Shown piece after piece: positions 35,701 through 48,339 of a stretch of 48,982 bases of DNA. Source of the stretch: Macrostomum lignano (taxonomy: Eukaryota); the NCBI GenBank assembly GCA_002269645.1, contig NIVC01003834.1:1-48982 (forward strand), read 5' to 3'. A program made the translations under genes and the position numbers. Numbering within the stretch: the first letter of the stretch is position 1; the number at the start of each line of letters is the position of its first letter. Below the pieces are notes generated by a model, which was given only the letters and a program-made list of their open reading frames with translations, had not been told where the DNA came from and searched no databases.

Positions 35701-37609
35701 TTTGATACTGCCCGGCCTTCAATTCAGACCGGCTCAACTACCTCGGGCCCAACCCGAGAACTCAGTCACAAGTTCCCGCCTCGGCCCCGGCCGCCTCCGC
35801 GTCCTGCCCTGCCCGGTTTAGCTGAATCGAAATGCAGAATCGATATGGAAATTAAAAGAGGATCATAACAGTGGAAATTATGCTGAGAAAGTAGCGGATA
35901 AAAAGCAGAAATAATAGTAATCATGTTTTACTGGAAAGCTTTATGCTTAAAACTGCCGACATAAATTTGCAGTAGAAATTCGAAATGCTCTTATAACGGT
36001 TATGGTCTAATTTCGGACTGAAATTTTGATTGTTGTCAGAGCGGAAACAATTTTTTTACTGTGCAACTTGCAAATTTAATGACAGGCACAAAGGCAGGTT
36101 TATGAGTTTCGGTGGGACAAGACATGGCGGTGAATGAAAAAAGTGGAGGCCTTGCTGTGTACACTTTTGGTTCATGCGTCCATTGCATGCTGTTTATTGT
36201 AGATCATTGCAGACTGCCAGAAGTCCGATGGAAACATCCGTTGAAGGTCCCGACGGTCGTTTAGACGGTCGGGGTGGTGCAGGAAGTAGGTTGAATGCAA
36301 GAAGGAGTCGTAGGTTGCTCATTGACAAGATTTCATAATAAATATTTGACCGAAATTTGTTTCGGATCTCAAATTCCGATGATGTCAGAATGTGCTCGTT
36401 GAATGTCCTGACGATGGTCGACGGTGGCCACGGGGCATTGTTGTAGCGCACTAAAAGTGTTCTGGGTTACCTCACCAATGGCTGAAATGAGGTTTGGGAT
36501 CATTTTGTGCACCTTACTGCCTGATGTCAAGACCTAGCCACTGAATTCGACGGTTTGCCTTCAAAAACAGGGGGACCTCCTTGAGAATCGCTGAATATCT
36601 CAACGATCTCGATGTCGGAGAGAGCCGGCGATGGCTTCATCAGATTCCTCGATAAATTTTAGCCCGTACAGTGAATTTTCAGATGAATCCATCGTCGGGT
36701 TCAAGAGTTATGGCGTGGATAACTTTTTGGGTATTTGAAATACCCCCCATCGGCATCCGTGCAGTGGAAAAATAGCTTCGGCATCCGACTGTTAAACCTA
36801 GCCGTAATCCAAACCCTAACCCTAGCATATCGGCCTAGCCGCCTATCAGCATATCGGCCATTCCCCAATGAGTCGTCACTTATGGCGCACTTGAATTGGT
36901 CTTTTGGTAACTCTAAATTGACAATTTACAACTTGTTGCAACTTGAAACTGAGTTAATTGCATTTGAGTTGGTTGTGTTGACTACTTGACTAGGAAAAAC
37001 CTATAGAATAGGATCGATAACTTCTCAATGTAGCACACTAGTAGACTGAGATGTCCTGCTCTGACCCTGTCTCGGGCCCTCATAAATTAATTGTGTAAAA
37101 CTGGACTAGACGCTCTCTACACCCTACAGAACCATAGAACTCAGAATGAGCACGGATTGTAGGGTGGACAATTCGTGTTCACCCTACACTCATAGAGATA
37201 GGGCAGGCAGAAAGGCAGCTGAAAGGTTCCTCTCTCAGCCAATGGTACAAGCGAATGTCGCGAAACTTTTTCTATAAAAAAGATATCCGTGGGCAGGAAG
37301 TGCAACAGATCGAGCTATTTGTAAAGTTTCCTAGCTGAGGTACGGTCCAATCTGTAAAGGAAAAGCACGATACATTATAGGGTTGAATTTAGGAAAGTAA
37401 AAAATGTTAGTTTTATCAAGTCCCGTCTTGTTGTATAGTGCATGTAATTCATTTTTTTACATATCAAACCGTTTAGGGCCTAGCTCGTACAAGGCGTTAA
37501 AGACGCTCGAAATTTCTTTTTTCGCTCTGAAGGCTTCTGAAACGTTGTGAGCTGAGTCACTGAGTTAAGCTTCAAGTTGAATCAGTGTCCGACCCCCGGC
37601 CGTCTTCTA

Positions 37610-37835
37610 CCATAGACATCGGTCGTCTTAGACCATAGACATCGGCCTTCTTAGACCATAGACATCGGCCGTCTTAGACCATAGACATCGGCCGTCTTAG
37701 ACCATAGACATCGTCCGTCTTTGACCATAAACATCGGCCCTCTTAGACTACATACATCGGCGGTCTTAGACCATAGACATCGGCCCTCTTAGACTACATA
37801 CATCGGCCGTCTTAGACCATACATACCGGCCGTCA
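37610..37835. repeat. Minisatellite, 23-bp unit (~9-10 copies), paralogue of 10940-11352
   Basis: (GACCATAGACATCGGCCGTCTTA)n, directly visible, with the same flanks as the first array. Confidence 0.95.
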
Positions 37836-39386
37836 TACGATTTAAGTGACATACGCCTAGAAAGACGCTATAATTCTTTAAGTGAAGGGCGATGTCTGCC
37901 CACAAAATAAGAAGAGGTTGATCTTTAGCATCAAAATGAAATTGCAAGAGTAGCGTCTACGTCTTCGACTACGTCTAGTAGTCCACACGCTCCTGCATCT
38001 TTTTCGAGTCATCCAGTATTTCCTTGACGAGTAATGCCTATTGGCTAGAAGAATATGCGAGTTTTAAAGCAGGTAATTTTTTGTTACGGGTGTACATTAT
38101 AAGTAGGTTTTCTCGTTATCTCGCGGCTATAGAGTTACATGTGAGTAACGCGCGTACATGCAGCTTTATCTGGCTTACCTGATAGGCTAATTTTCTTGAT
38201 TTTATAAGCAGTCGTAGGGAAGTAAGCTTTACATTTATAGTGCAAGCTAAATGAATCTTGCACAAGTCAGTAGCTCTAAGAGCACGGCCTCTCAGCCACG
38301 AAGACTGCCGCTTACTATCAGGACTCAATTTTCAACGCAAATTAAATTTAAGAAGTTAAATCTATCTGAATCTTCGTCGCATTCATTACGATAGGCATTA
38401 GCTGGAAAAATTGAAGCGAAAACATTGACACACCTCAGTCACGAGGTATTGAAATAATAAGAGCTAGTAAGTAGAAACATAATAAAGACTATATATTAGA
38501 TATACAAGTACTAGATAGATTATAGTGATGGAATGTCATTTTCGCTCTTACAATGCTTTAACCTACATGGGAATTTGTAGCTTTTATAGATTAATTAATT
38601 CGGCTACTTATTTGTAACAAAACTAATCACAGCACATTGGAACATGAACTGATTGGCAAAAATGTAATTTCTAATGCATCTGACAGTCTCGGAAACGCAA
38701 TTGCATTATGTGTAAAATATATCCGTACGGTAAATTGTGAGTCATAGGGAATCTTTATAAGAAACTGTGCTCATAACTGAAGTTTTCATGTCCGTCTGAC
38801 GCTTCATCACAAATCTATTGGTGCCGCATGCAAAATATAGCTGCATCTGCGGAGGATGAATATGACAGAATGAGCAAACACGCATCAAGCCATCAGAATT
38901 CGTTTCAATAAAACAGTACGCAAAATTCAGCCAAGACGCGGCAGTGCTCTCATCCACCGAATGATGGTAAGTAACAACGAGCGTAATTATGGCTAGTTTA
39001 CAGTAGAATCTGTCCTCCAAAGCACCTGTAGAGATGCATGAGCTGATGAATAGTGCATGTGCATGCTAAGCCATCGGGTCAATTCGGATCAAGGTGCAAT
39101 GACAAAACAGTACAAGAGCAAGATCTTGTTTAAAATAAGCAAACACTATTGCATTTGACATGGAATACGAGTATTTGACACTTATTGCACAGGAAAATGT
39201 TCTAAAACACTAACACTACTGCTTCTGTCCTGCGGCTAAAGTCCATCAAATTTGTGAATTGCAACACCAACGAGCTACGAGACATTCCAACGCGTTTCTT
39301 TGAATTCGCAGTGTGAACTTTCCTTCTGTTATGAAATGGCATCACTAGAAGCTTAGGCACTTGACAGTCAGCCACCTGTTACCTCT

Positions 39387-42300
39387 TCATTTGAAAGTTC
39401 GAACCCGGGGCCAGAAGCGGGCAGTGACATTAAACGGCTTCTTGCGCGCCCCGGCAGCGAAGCCGTAGCCAAGATGAAGGAATCTGTGAACGCAGATTGT
39501 GGAATTGTCCGAGTCATCGTAGCGCCAGTTCTTCGACTCAAGCATGATGCAGCCGCGCTCTTTCCAGCTGCGCCGCGAGTCTGGCTTCGATTTGGCTGCA
39601 GCTGAAAAGCAGGGGCATAAAATTAAATTATTAATAGATTCTAATCTAGTAGTATAGCTAGTAAACTCTCTTGACGGCCAAGCATTGTACTGCCTTTACA
39701 AGTATCTGGAGGAGAGAACCGTGCAGCCCCAGTCCGGCGATAGTAATGCGGGAGAGAGCGACTACTGCCTGGGATCCTACTGCTTCCTCCCGGTCTCTCA
39801 TTGTTCATAGAATGAAACTACCAGCGCAATCAAGATCCTCACTGCTGTTTGATCCTCAGTCCTCACTGAATGACAAATCAGATCTGACTAAAATCTTCTC
39901 TGACAGCCAGCGTTGAAATTGTAGAGCTTACGCATGTACGCATGTACGCATGCGGCTTGATGGCGTGCCTGTTTCCCCTAGGAACCCTTTTTCACAAAAA
40001 AACATTCGACTACTGTTCTTGCAGAGTTTTCTCAACTATTGATAATAAAAACCCGCGCCTTCACTCCGTGCGCGTGTCAACAATTTCATCAACCCGAAAA
40101 TCGTCAGGGAAAAAGTTCCGCGTGTGTCTGTGTGTGTCATTCGCGCATGTCACTCTAGTTTTAATCCGCTCTTGTTGAATCAGCTGAAGAGACGCCTGCT
40201 TACAGGATCTGGTAACTTTACTGAAGTGTTGTCTGCTTTTAAAAGTAGAAAAATTGCACGCCTTCAGCTATTTGTGCCTATCGATTCAGTCAAGCAAAAG
40301 TTTTGAAAGCAGATTAACTGAAATACTTGTGCACGCATCTCGTCCCCCAGCTAGCCGGTCAAAGACTCGACTTGGAAAAATGTGAATTCATATTTCCACT
40401 CTCTTCCGCAAGACTTTGCTCGCTCTCAGCTATATCGCTAGCTATTCAGGGTTTGCTAAATGTGACTCACACGTAGATAAGACCAACGTTTGCCAATACT
40501 AAGCATTGCAGTAAGAGAAAAATTGTGCAGCAGAGTGTCTCACAACTGCTCGGGTTGTGAGACGTATTTCATATCCACATGCATGGCGGTCGCGCGTCTC
40601 TTTTATGTTTGGAAGCGTGTCCCATGTATGCCGGGCCGTAGTTATTGATTGCGGCGGAATTGCATAAGTACGAGTGCTATGAAAATTGATCTCCTATTTA
40701 ACCCCTAATTACGTCTCTACATTGTATTCTGGTACCCTTCAGCTCCAGTCTGAAGATGAGCTTCATTTCATGCTAGTACACACACATGTAGCTGATAGTG
40801 AAATACTACTACCAAATTTAAGCGCATGTACGAGCTACCTCACCAATTGTTATCTAGGCTAAAATATGCACAGAATCGCTAAGTACGACTTTCTAAGCCG
40901 CTGTACTGCACGAGCAACAGCTACATAGAGCAATACTCGTCGCTGTTATCATAGTAAGGTTTCCAAAGTGAATGCTTCGGCACTGCAAGGTCAAGTTTTA
41001 CAAGCAAGTATACTTTTAGAAGCTAAGTGGTGACTGATCAATCGAGCATTTCCTCTGCGCAAATAACGTCTGTGATTTAGCAACAACAACCACTAAACAA
41101 CCCAGAATGAGGTCGCAGCAGTCCGAGTCGTTGAGCGTTCTGCTTATTTTTGTCACTAGTCATTTTTCCCTGCCTAAACTCTGCACAATTAATTTAAGCT
41201 CCAAAAGGGATCTCACCCAATGAGCCGCACATGCTGCGCCAGTTCTTGTTGCCATCCATGAGGGGCGACATCACATTCGGCTCGAGCAGGGTGACCGGCA
41301 CCGCGGGCTTGACAGCCGTATATTGCTTGTACACCTGGGTGAGGATGGCCGGGCCCGTGGTGGCAAACGCGTTGCCAATCTGAGACTTGTGCAACATTTC
41401 GTTGATCACCTCGCGGAAGAACGGATGACCGGGAGCGGAGCCCATTGCTGAGTTCATCACGCTGAACGGCCAGCCCCAGAAGATGTTCGTCTGCTCGATT
41501 CGCTCCTGGTCCAAAAAGCTGTTAAAATTATCCAGTGCTGGGAAGAATGGCCTGACGCACTGTACGTCCATATCCAGGTAAATTCCTGAAATAACGAAGC
41601 AGGGAGTGTCGGAACATAACGATGCATGCCTGGTAACTGAGGAACGACCGAACCCTTTTGACAAAATAGGCAATTATTTTGTCTATGCAACATTTACACC
41701 TGAAGCATTGTAATTTGTAACTGGCAAAGAGCCGGAAAACAATTCTAGAAACTAGCAAAGACATCTGATATCACTCCTATATGAGATTTAAAGGCGCTTA
41801 TGAAAACCCTACAGGGGTCGTTAGCGAATAGAGCAAAGTGAATAGCGCATTTACCGCCAGCGCTGCTAGTTAAGCAGAGCAGGCCGCGGTTAGTACGTAG
41901 GTAGGCAGTTAATAAGAGAATGATCTATCATGCTGAGGTATTTGACCACCCACCCGGCTGTAATAGGGTAGCATCGCTGAGCTGCAATAGAAAAATTGGT
42001 TGCGAGCACTTTACAAGTGGCAGGGCTTGAGTGTGTCTATTTTTACGGGCTGGCTCGTATGCTTCTATGTGAAATTATAGATTTTCTTTCAATCCAATTT
42101 GACCGATTTTGCATCTATATTAAGCATGATTCAGCTTCAAATGCTTTCCTGAAGCGGCACTCAAAGCTCCGGGTAACTAACAAGTCCTCAAAGCCGCTCA
42201 CCGCCAAAGTGGTGCAGAACAATGTACCGAATAGAGTCGGCCCGCTCCAGCACGTCAGAGTATTTCTTGTACTTGGCGAGAAACTCCGGATAGGCGGAGC

Positions 42301-42715
42301 TGATCAGCGCCTCCGCGTCGCTGTCCCGCCACAGATAATATGTCCAGTCCGGGTTCAGCGCCATGCAGCTGTTAATGTAAGGCAGGTAGTTTTCGTAGAC
42401 CATCTCGGATGCAAACGCCTGGTGCAGAATTCGCGGTATGCGAGCAGACGAATTGAACGCTGGTGCAGCTTTCTTTGTGGGCGCGACTGCAGCTCTTGTG
42501 GTTGTTCGCGTACTCTGAGTTGTAGGTGTAGTTCTGGCAGTTGGCGTCGCTGGCTTTAGCGAAGTTGGAAACGAATTCAAAGCCTGCTGTGCATGAGGCT
42601 TGTTTGGCTCAGGGTTCAGCGGCTTTGGCACAACAGAAGGCCATTGACTCGAAATGACTGACCTGGGAATTTCCTCACCATCAGACCAGTACCAGCCGGC
42701 AGTTTTCCACGTTGC
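39387..42715 (-). CDS. GT32-family DxD glycosyltransferase (SUR1/CSH1/OCH1-like), paralogue 4; open reading frame, N-terminal exon not identified
   Basis: Exons ~42715?-42202, 41585-41217 and 39601-39387, GT-AG with phase-1 junctions. Motifs IPRILHQ, NSCMALNPDWTYYLW, RADSIRY, GG|IYLDMD, TTGPAILT and ICVHRFLHLGY; Thr/Pro-rich stem. Intron positions match paralogue 1. The 5' acceptor at 42715 is tentative. Confidence 0.82.
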
Positions 42716-43189
42716 CTGGGAGATTGCGGAAGTCGAGGTGAGAAATGCGTGCGGACTGATGAGCCGTATGGCTTTGCCAAGGCCAACTCAAAAAAATTTG
42801 TGGCAATGCAAACTTATTGATGACTCATTGCTAGTGGGCCTATCCAGAAACAGAAGGTCTGTTGGCATCATAGCAAATAGAACTTGTAGAAATTTCAAGA
42901 AAAAATTACTTATAGAGTAAAATTGGTGTGCAACTGGCTGTCTCGCTTCTATAAAAAATTAACGCCAGAATTATTTGCTCCGGACGCAGTAGGGACAATT
43001 GCTGCTGGGAAGTTACACGGAAATGAAATCGCCTTCAACACTGCCTAATCTCTCAAAGCAGCCAGTTTCTCCCTACTAGCTAAGTGCTGCTTAGCTATAT
43101 CCGGGGACTTCTCAGTCGACTCATTCGTGCTGCACGCAGCTCAAAGCAACTGTCTTCAACAGGATGTGCAGAATCGCAATACGAGCCAG

Positions 43190-43752
43190 CTAGCAGCAGC
43201 TATCATAGACTAAGGTATTCAGAATTGCACCAGCTAGCAGCGGCTACCATAGACTAAGGTATTCAGAATTGCACCAGCTAGCAGCAGCTACCATAGACTA
43301 AGGTATGCAGAATTGCACCAGCTAGCAGCGGCTACCATAGACTAAGGTATGCAGAATTGCACCAGCTAGCAGCGGCTACCATAGACTAAGGTATGCAGAA
43401 TTGCACCAGCTAGCAGCGGCTACCATAGACTAAGGTATGCAGAATTGCACCAGCTAGCAGCGGCTACCATAGACTAAGGTATGCAGAATTGCACCAGCTA
43501 GCAGCGGCTACCATAGACTAAGGTATGCAGAATTGCACCAGCTAGCAGCGGCTACCATAGACTAAGGTATGCAGAATTGCACCAGCTAGCAGCGGCTACC
43601 ATAGACTAAGGTATGCAGAATTGCACCAGCTAGCAGCGGCTACCATAGACTAAGGTATGCAGAATTGCACCAGCTAGCAGTGGCTACCATAGACTAAGGT
43701 ATGCAGAATTGCACCAGCTAGCAGCGGCTACCATAGACTTAGACCATAGACT
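43190..43752. repeat. Minisatellite, 44-bp unit CCATAGACTAAGGTATGCAGAATTGCACCAGCTAGCAGCGGCTA (~12 near-identical copies)
   Basis: Directly visible; ends in CCATAGACTTAGACCATAGACTATAG. Confidence 0.97.
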
Positions 43753-44786
43753 ATAGCTCTTTCTAGGAAAGCCGTGACTTGGTCCAAAGTCATCCCACTA
43801 GACTTTGGCTAGTTTTTGTGCCCATACCAATTCTAGACTAAAAGCCGGTACACGCTAATAGCTCTGCGGGTCCAAGTTTGCTCAAACCAATTTTAGAAGT
43901 ATATAGAATAAATAAACTTTTTGGCTTCCATCATCTATTCTAAGCAGTTCCAAATCTATTTACCAAAGCTAAAATTTGCACTTTTAATATAGTGGCCAAT
44001 GGGTGCTTGTCGTTGTTCCACAATATGCAGAGAAGCAGATGTTGGAAAGACGGCAAAAATTCTCTGCTTTTCGTCTCCTGTGCCTCGCGAGATCCTCAGA
44101 GGAGTGCGTTTGCCTTGTGCTTGTTCTGACTAACGCGTTTTTTTCGGTTTCTTTGCTTTATCGATCGGCCAGACTCACTGTACCCCAAGTTCTCAACAAA
44201 CCCGACCCAGCTAATGTAAATATCAAAGACCCAGCTAATGTAAATATCAAAGTTATGTGGTTTTAATGTTTTGGTGTGAAACTTATATTGCTACTCAAAA
44301 TCAATGTTTACGAGACACCAAAATCGGAAACGTTGTAAAAAATAATACAGTTGTCACTTACATAGACGACACCGACTACCAGTATTGTTCGGATGAACAA
44401 CTCCTGCCTTCTCATCTAGCTGTTTCTCTCGTCTGGTCTTTAGGCAGGTCTTGGGCTCGATTCCAACTCTCTGCTTTTCCTGTTTCTGTCTGTTGAATTG
44501 TCGCTTTCTCTGTGCCGTGCAGTCTGAGCTGGCTGGTTTGGGGGGGGGGCTTGTTCTCGGCTACGCTCGGACGCCTGAAATACCCGGTAGGTGGCGGTTT
44601 AAAGCATGCCCGCTTCGCCAATCAACTGCAAAGTGAGCCTCACCAAGCCCTCGCTCTGCCAGGCCAATAAAGACAGCGGTTGCTAACCCCACTCCCTTGG
44701 GGCTCTGTCCGCTTATCACCTTAACAAGCTAGATGAGATAGCAAAGCGAATGCGCTCAGCGTTTATGCTCGTAGCAGTTTGCTAAA

Positions 44787-44920
44787 GGTTCCTTCACACT
44801 GCCATCAATTTTGAGCCCCCAAATCACACGACCAATGTACAAAGGAATCAAACTTAATGTACAAGCTAGTTTTGTGATTACAGGAAATTTGGCCTTATGT
44901 GTTGGTGGTGTGAACGAGCC
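44787..44920. mobile_element. Possible small PIF/Harbinger-like MITE
   Basis: Imperfect TIRs GGTTCCTTCACAC...GTGTGAACGAGCC with A/T-rich (TAA/TTA-like) flanks. Confidence 0.35.
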
Positions 44921-45729
44921 TTAAAGGGGGGCACAGCACACATATTGATAATTACACAGGCACGCACTCACACATGGTTTAGTGTACAGAGGCCCTGACT
45001 CTTTCATCGTCAGGCATTGTACATTAAACTTTGTGCCCTTGGTGTTAGTCCCCATTGAGCGTCATTTTCACGATGAGTCAGGGATCAATTTTAGTGCGCG
45101 AACCCTGAGTTAATGCGGCCATCCGACCATAGGTTTTTTCTGGACAAGTAGCACAATATCCAACTCAAGTTCAACATGGCAATCTCAAGTACACCAAATT
45201 CAGTTTATCTGCAAATTTTATGGGACCGATTCGCCTCTTGCGTTCGTTATACCGTGGCAGAAGTGAAATACACAAAATCGAATGAGTCTGCTACTTGAAA
45301 TGACTATGATGCACTTGACTTTGTCTTTTGAAAACTCTGAATTAACAATCTGCAACTTGATTTGGGCTGTTGCCACTTGAACTGAGTTATTTGCACCTTT
45401 GAGGTGCCTGTTTGATACTTGACCGGAAAAAGCCTATACATACGCAGCAACATGCTGAAGTTTCCACCCGGAAACGAGTGGTAAAAAATGGCTTGTGAAT
45501 TGCGTCACTAGGCGCTGAGATCTGGGAAAAGTTGACCACTGGTCTCGGGGGGGGGGGAGCTTTAACATGATGCTGAGTGCATCTTGACGCTAGGTGCTCC
45601 CACTGAACTACTCGAAGGCACTTTCAACGTCGTGTTTAAAAAGTTTTAACAGTCCCTACCATTCCTCTTGTTTAACAAAATTCCCTCAAGAACAACAACA
45701 TGAAATTAAATTGCAATCAGATATACTCC

Positions 45730-46690
45730 ACTAACAACAACAACAACAACAACAACAAAATATGCTGTCAGGATGGCAAAAGTCAGCGTCACAGGGCGCG
45801 CTTCATGGCTTGGGCGCGAACAAAGGCCGCGCCACCGGCAGTGTCCGGGGCGCCGGCGTCAGCCAGCAGACAGTCGACGTAACGCCGAGTTTGCGCTTTA
45901 CCTCGCCGGTAGGGTGCCTGCAGCGTGAGCAGCAGCACCTCCTGCACCGGCTGTGGGTAGTAGGACTCGGCGCGGTGAGATGGCCTGCGAGCTAGAGTCG
46001 CCGACGGCGCAGTAGATCGCTTGGGCGTGGCAGGCCAGCGCGGCGATAGAGTACCGCGTGGTTGACTCGCTCGACGCCGATGTTGAAGGCGGCGCGCAGC
46101 AGGCCAGCGTGCGCCGCATCGACTTGCTGTTCGAGTGAGTCCGTCAGCGTCCAGGTCTCGGCGTTGTAGAGCAGGATGGTCTCGATTACCGCCTGGAACA
46201 GCGCCGCCCTCTGGCGGTCCGGTAGGGCCTCAGACTGTAGGACTGCCCTCACAGAACGAAAGGCAGCCCAGGCAAGCCCGCGGCGGCGTCGCAGGTCCTC
46301 GCGAGCGTCTGGAACCAGACCGCCGAGGTAGACGAACTGCTGACATTGCGGGAGCTCGGTCGCCTGCCCGTTAGCGCCTCGGCAGAATATTGCAGCCTCG
46401 ATGTCGTCCGGCACGCAGAGCACAACGGTCTTCTGCGTGTTGACCACCAGGCCGACGCTCGCCGCAACGGCAACTAGCCTGTCCAGCTGCCGTTGGGCGC
46501 CCTCGACGGTCGAGGACAGCAGGGCGAGGTCGTCGGCGTAGCCAAGCACGCTGAGCCGCTTCTCCGGTTGACGTCGACCCACGCGTCGCCGCAGCAGAAA
46601 GCCGTCGTCGTCGGTAGGAAGAGCAGTCCGCAGCACCCAGTCAAGCACCAGGACGAACAGGAACGGCGCCAGCGTATCTCCCTGAAGCAC
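45730..46690 (-). mobile_element. 5'-truncated RTE-like non-LTR retrotransposon with (TTG)n tail
   Basis: QGDTLAPFLFVLVLD, LGYADDLALLS, GLVVNTQKT, FVYLGG and LLYNAETWTL (ORF 45992-46690); (AAC)n at 45733-45757 on the + strand. Confidence 0.9.
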
Positions 46691-46980
46691 TCCACTAAAC
46701 TCTATCTATGGATACGAAGGAACCATGCACGACAATGCTTTCACTCGTGACATCTTGATCACCAACCGCTTAGTGCCGCTTAATGAACTCACTTGACAGC
46801 TGAATCACCAATGGCGTTGCTTTAACTTTTGTGCACCGTGTCAATTTGAGTTAGAGAGGGGTAGCCGTTACCGAGTATAAAATCATATCCTTGATGTCTA
46901 TTGTCGCTGTTAATAACTAGACTGTTGCTACTTCGGGTGTGTCATAAGTAATGTCACTGCATGCCTGTGTCAAAAGTATG

Positions 46981-47293
46981 GGCATTCCTTCGGTTTACGA
47001 TCATTTTTCCACCCACATTTCATGTATCTCTTCCATTTAAATGATCGTAAACCGAAGTGGATATATAGGATCATCTTTGGATTCTTGGAACTGTGAAATG
47101 GATCACTATAACCCCTTTACCTTCTTTTTTTCATTTGAACATGCAGCTAGTGTTATGATGGATAAATAAAAAGGATTGGAGTGCTTGTCTACTTTTTTTG
47201 CATTTTGATGAAATAAACAACAGTTTTGTATCTTCCCTATCTCTCCAATGGGGATCCTCACTAATTTCAATGATCGTAAACCGAAGGAATGCC
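46981..47293. mobile_element. MITE-like element with ~25-bp TIRs
   Basis: GGCATTCCTTCGGTTTACGATCATT (46982) versus AATGATCGTAAACCGAAGGAATGCC (~47269-47293), with an internal partial TIR copy at ~47040. Confidence 0.7.
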
Positions 47294-47471
47294 GAAGTAT
47301 GTAGGCATATGCACTTGTGGGTAGTTCAGTTGCAAAGTATACTTAGTAAAGCAATACCAGTACATTCGAGACGTGCATAGGATGTTTATGGCCCAGCCTA
47401 CCGCAAGAATTCGTTGAGCAGATTTAGCAAGTGCAACGCGAGAAAAATCGTCTATGCAATGGATAAATAAT

Positions 47472-47561
47472 CAGCGGTCCCAGTGCGTGACAACGATTGT
47501 CTGGCGAGCGCCGGTAGGCGCGAGCCATAGACAAATCGTTGTCACGTGCTGCGACCGCTGA
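47472..47561. repeat. Short imperfect inverted repeat (hairpin) carrying CCATAGAC
   Basis: CAGCGGTCCCAGTGCGTGACAACGATTGTCT ... AGACAAATCGTTGTCACGTGCTGCGACCGCTG. Confidence 0.7.
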
Positions 47562-47739
47562 TTCTTTGCATTGTTTTTCTATTTGACGATCCTACAGACA
47601 ATGCATTGTTTGTAGTAATGGATTGTTCTGCATTAAAAATGTGAATAATGATCGTCAAATTGCTAAACAATGAACACAAATCACAATGAATCTCGACAAG
47701 ACGCCTGCGCCAGGCAGATCCACAAGGTGTTCAGCAGCC

Positions 47740-48339
47740 GGGGCTTGGATGACATTCTAAACTGCCTGGTTGTTGAAGAAAATACCTGGCTTCACCTGGA
47801 GGGCAAGGGCAGCAAGGCAGACAATTGCTGCTGGCTGGGAGCTGGGGACTCCAAGGCGACAGTGACCAGGAAGTCGGGACAAGAATACCATGCTGCTGGT
47901 GGCCTTCACTCCAAACAAACGAGTCTCCATCTGCACAATTCCACTGAACACCAATGTCGAAGGTCAGTATTTTATCGACTTTGTCCGGCACACTGGAGAC
48001 CTCTGGCGCTCTCTCCGGTCAAACCCAATTCACCTGGACGAGGTGCTGTTGCAGATGGACACCACACGGCCGCACACCTGTAAGGCTGTTTCGGATTTTC
48101 TGGCTGCACGGCGAGTGAATCTGCTCTGGCAGAGTCCCTACAGCCCGGACTTCAACTTGTGCGACAGATTTCTGTTCAAATGGCTCAAGACTGACTTTTC
48201 CGAGAGGATTTTTGCAAACCATGAAAAGGTCAAACAGGCCGCGTTGCACTACTGGCTCCGGCAGCTGGAGGAAAACCACCTGCAGGCTGAGGTGGAGAAG
48301 CTGTATGAGCACTGGGGGGTGTTGCATAGAATTGATTAG
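47740..48339 (+). mobile_element. mariner-like DD34D transposase remnant
   Basis: LLQMDTTRPH..WQSPYSPDFNLCDRFLF has exactly 34 residues between the second and third Asp. The first-Asp region is degenerate (CLVVEENTWLH) and lies in another frame. Confidence 0.85.

Noticed and set aside
36190-36700. Possible transposase N-terminal remnant on the - strand (..LSDIEIVEIFSDS..)
   Set aside because: No diagnostic motif recognisable; cannot be supported without a search.
43190-43752. CRISPR-like regular repeat array
   Set aside because: The 44-bp units are contiguous and near-identical with no unique spacers; no cas genes and a eukaryotic context. The same applies to the 23-bp arrays.
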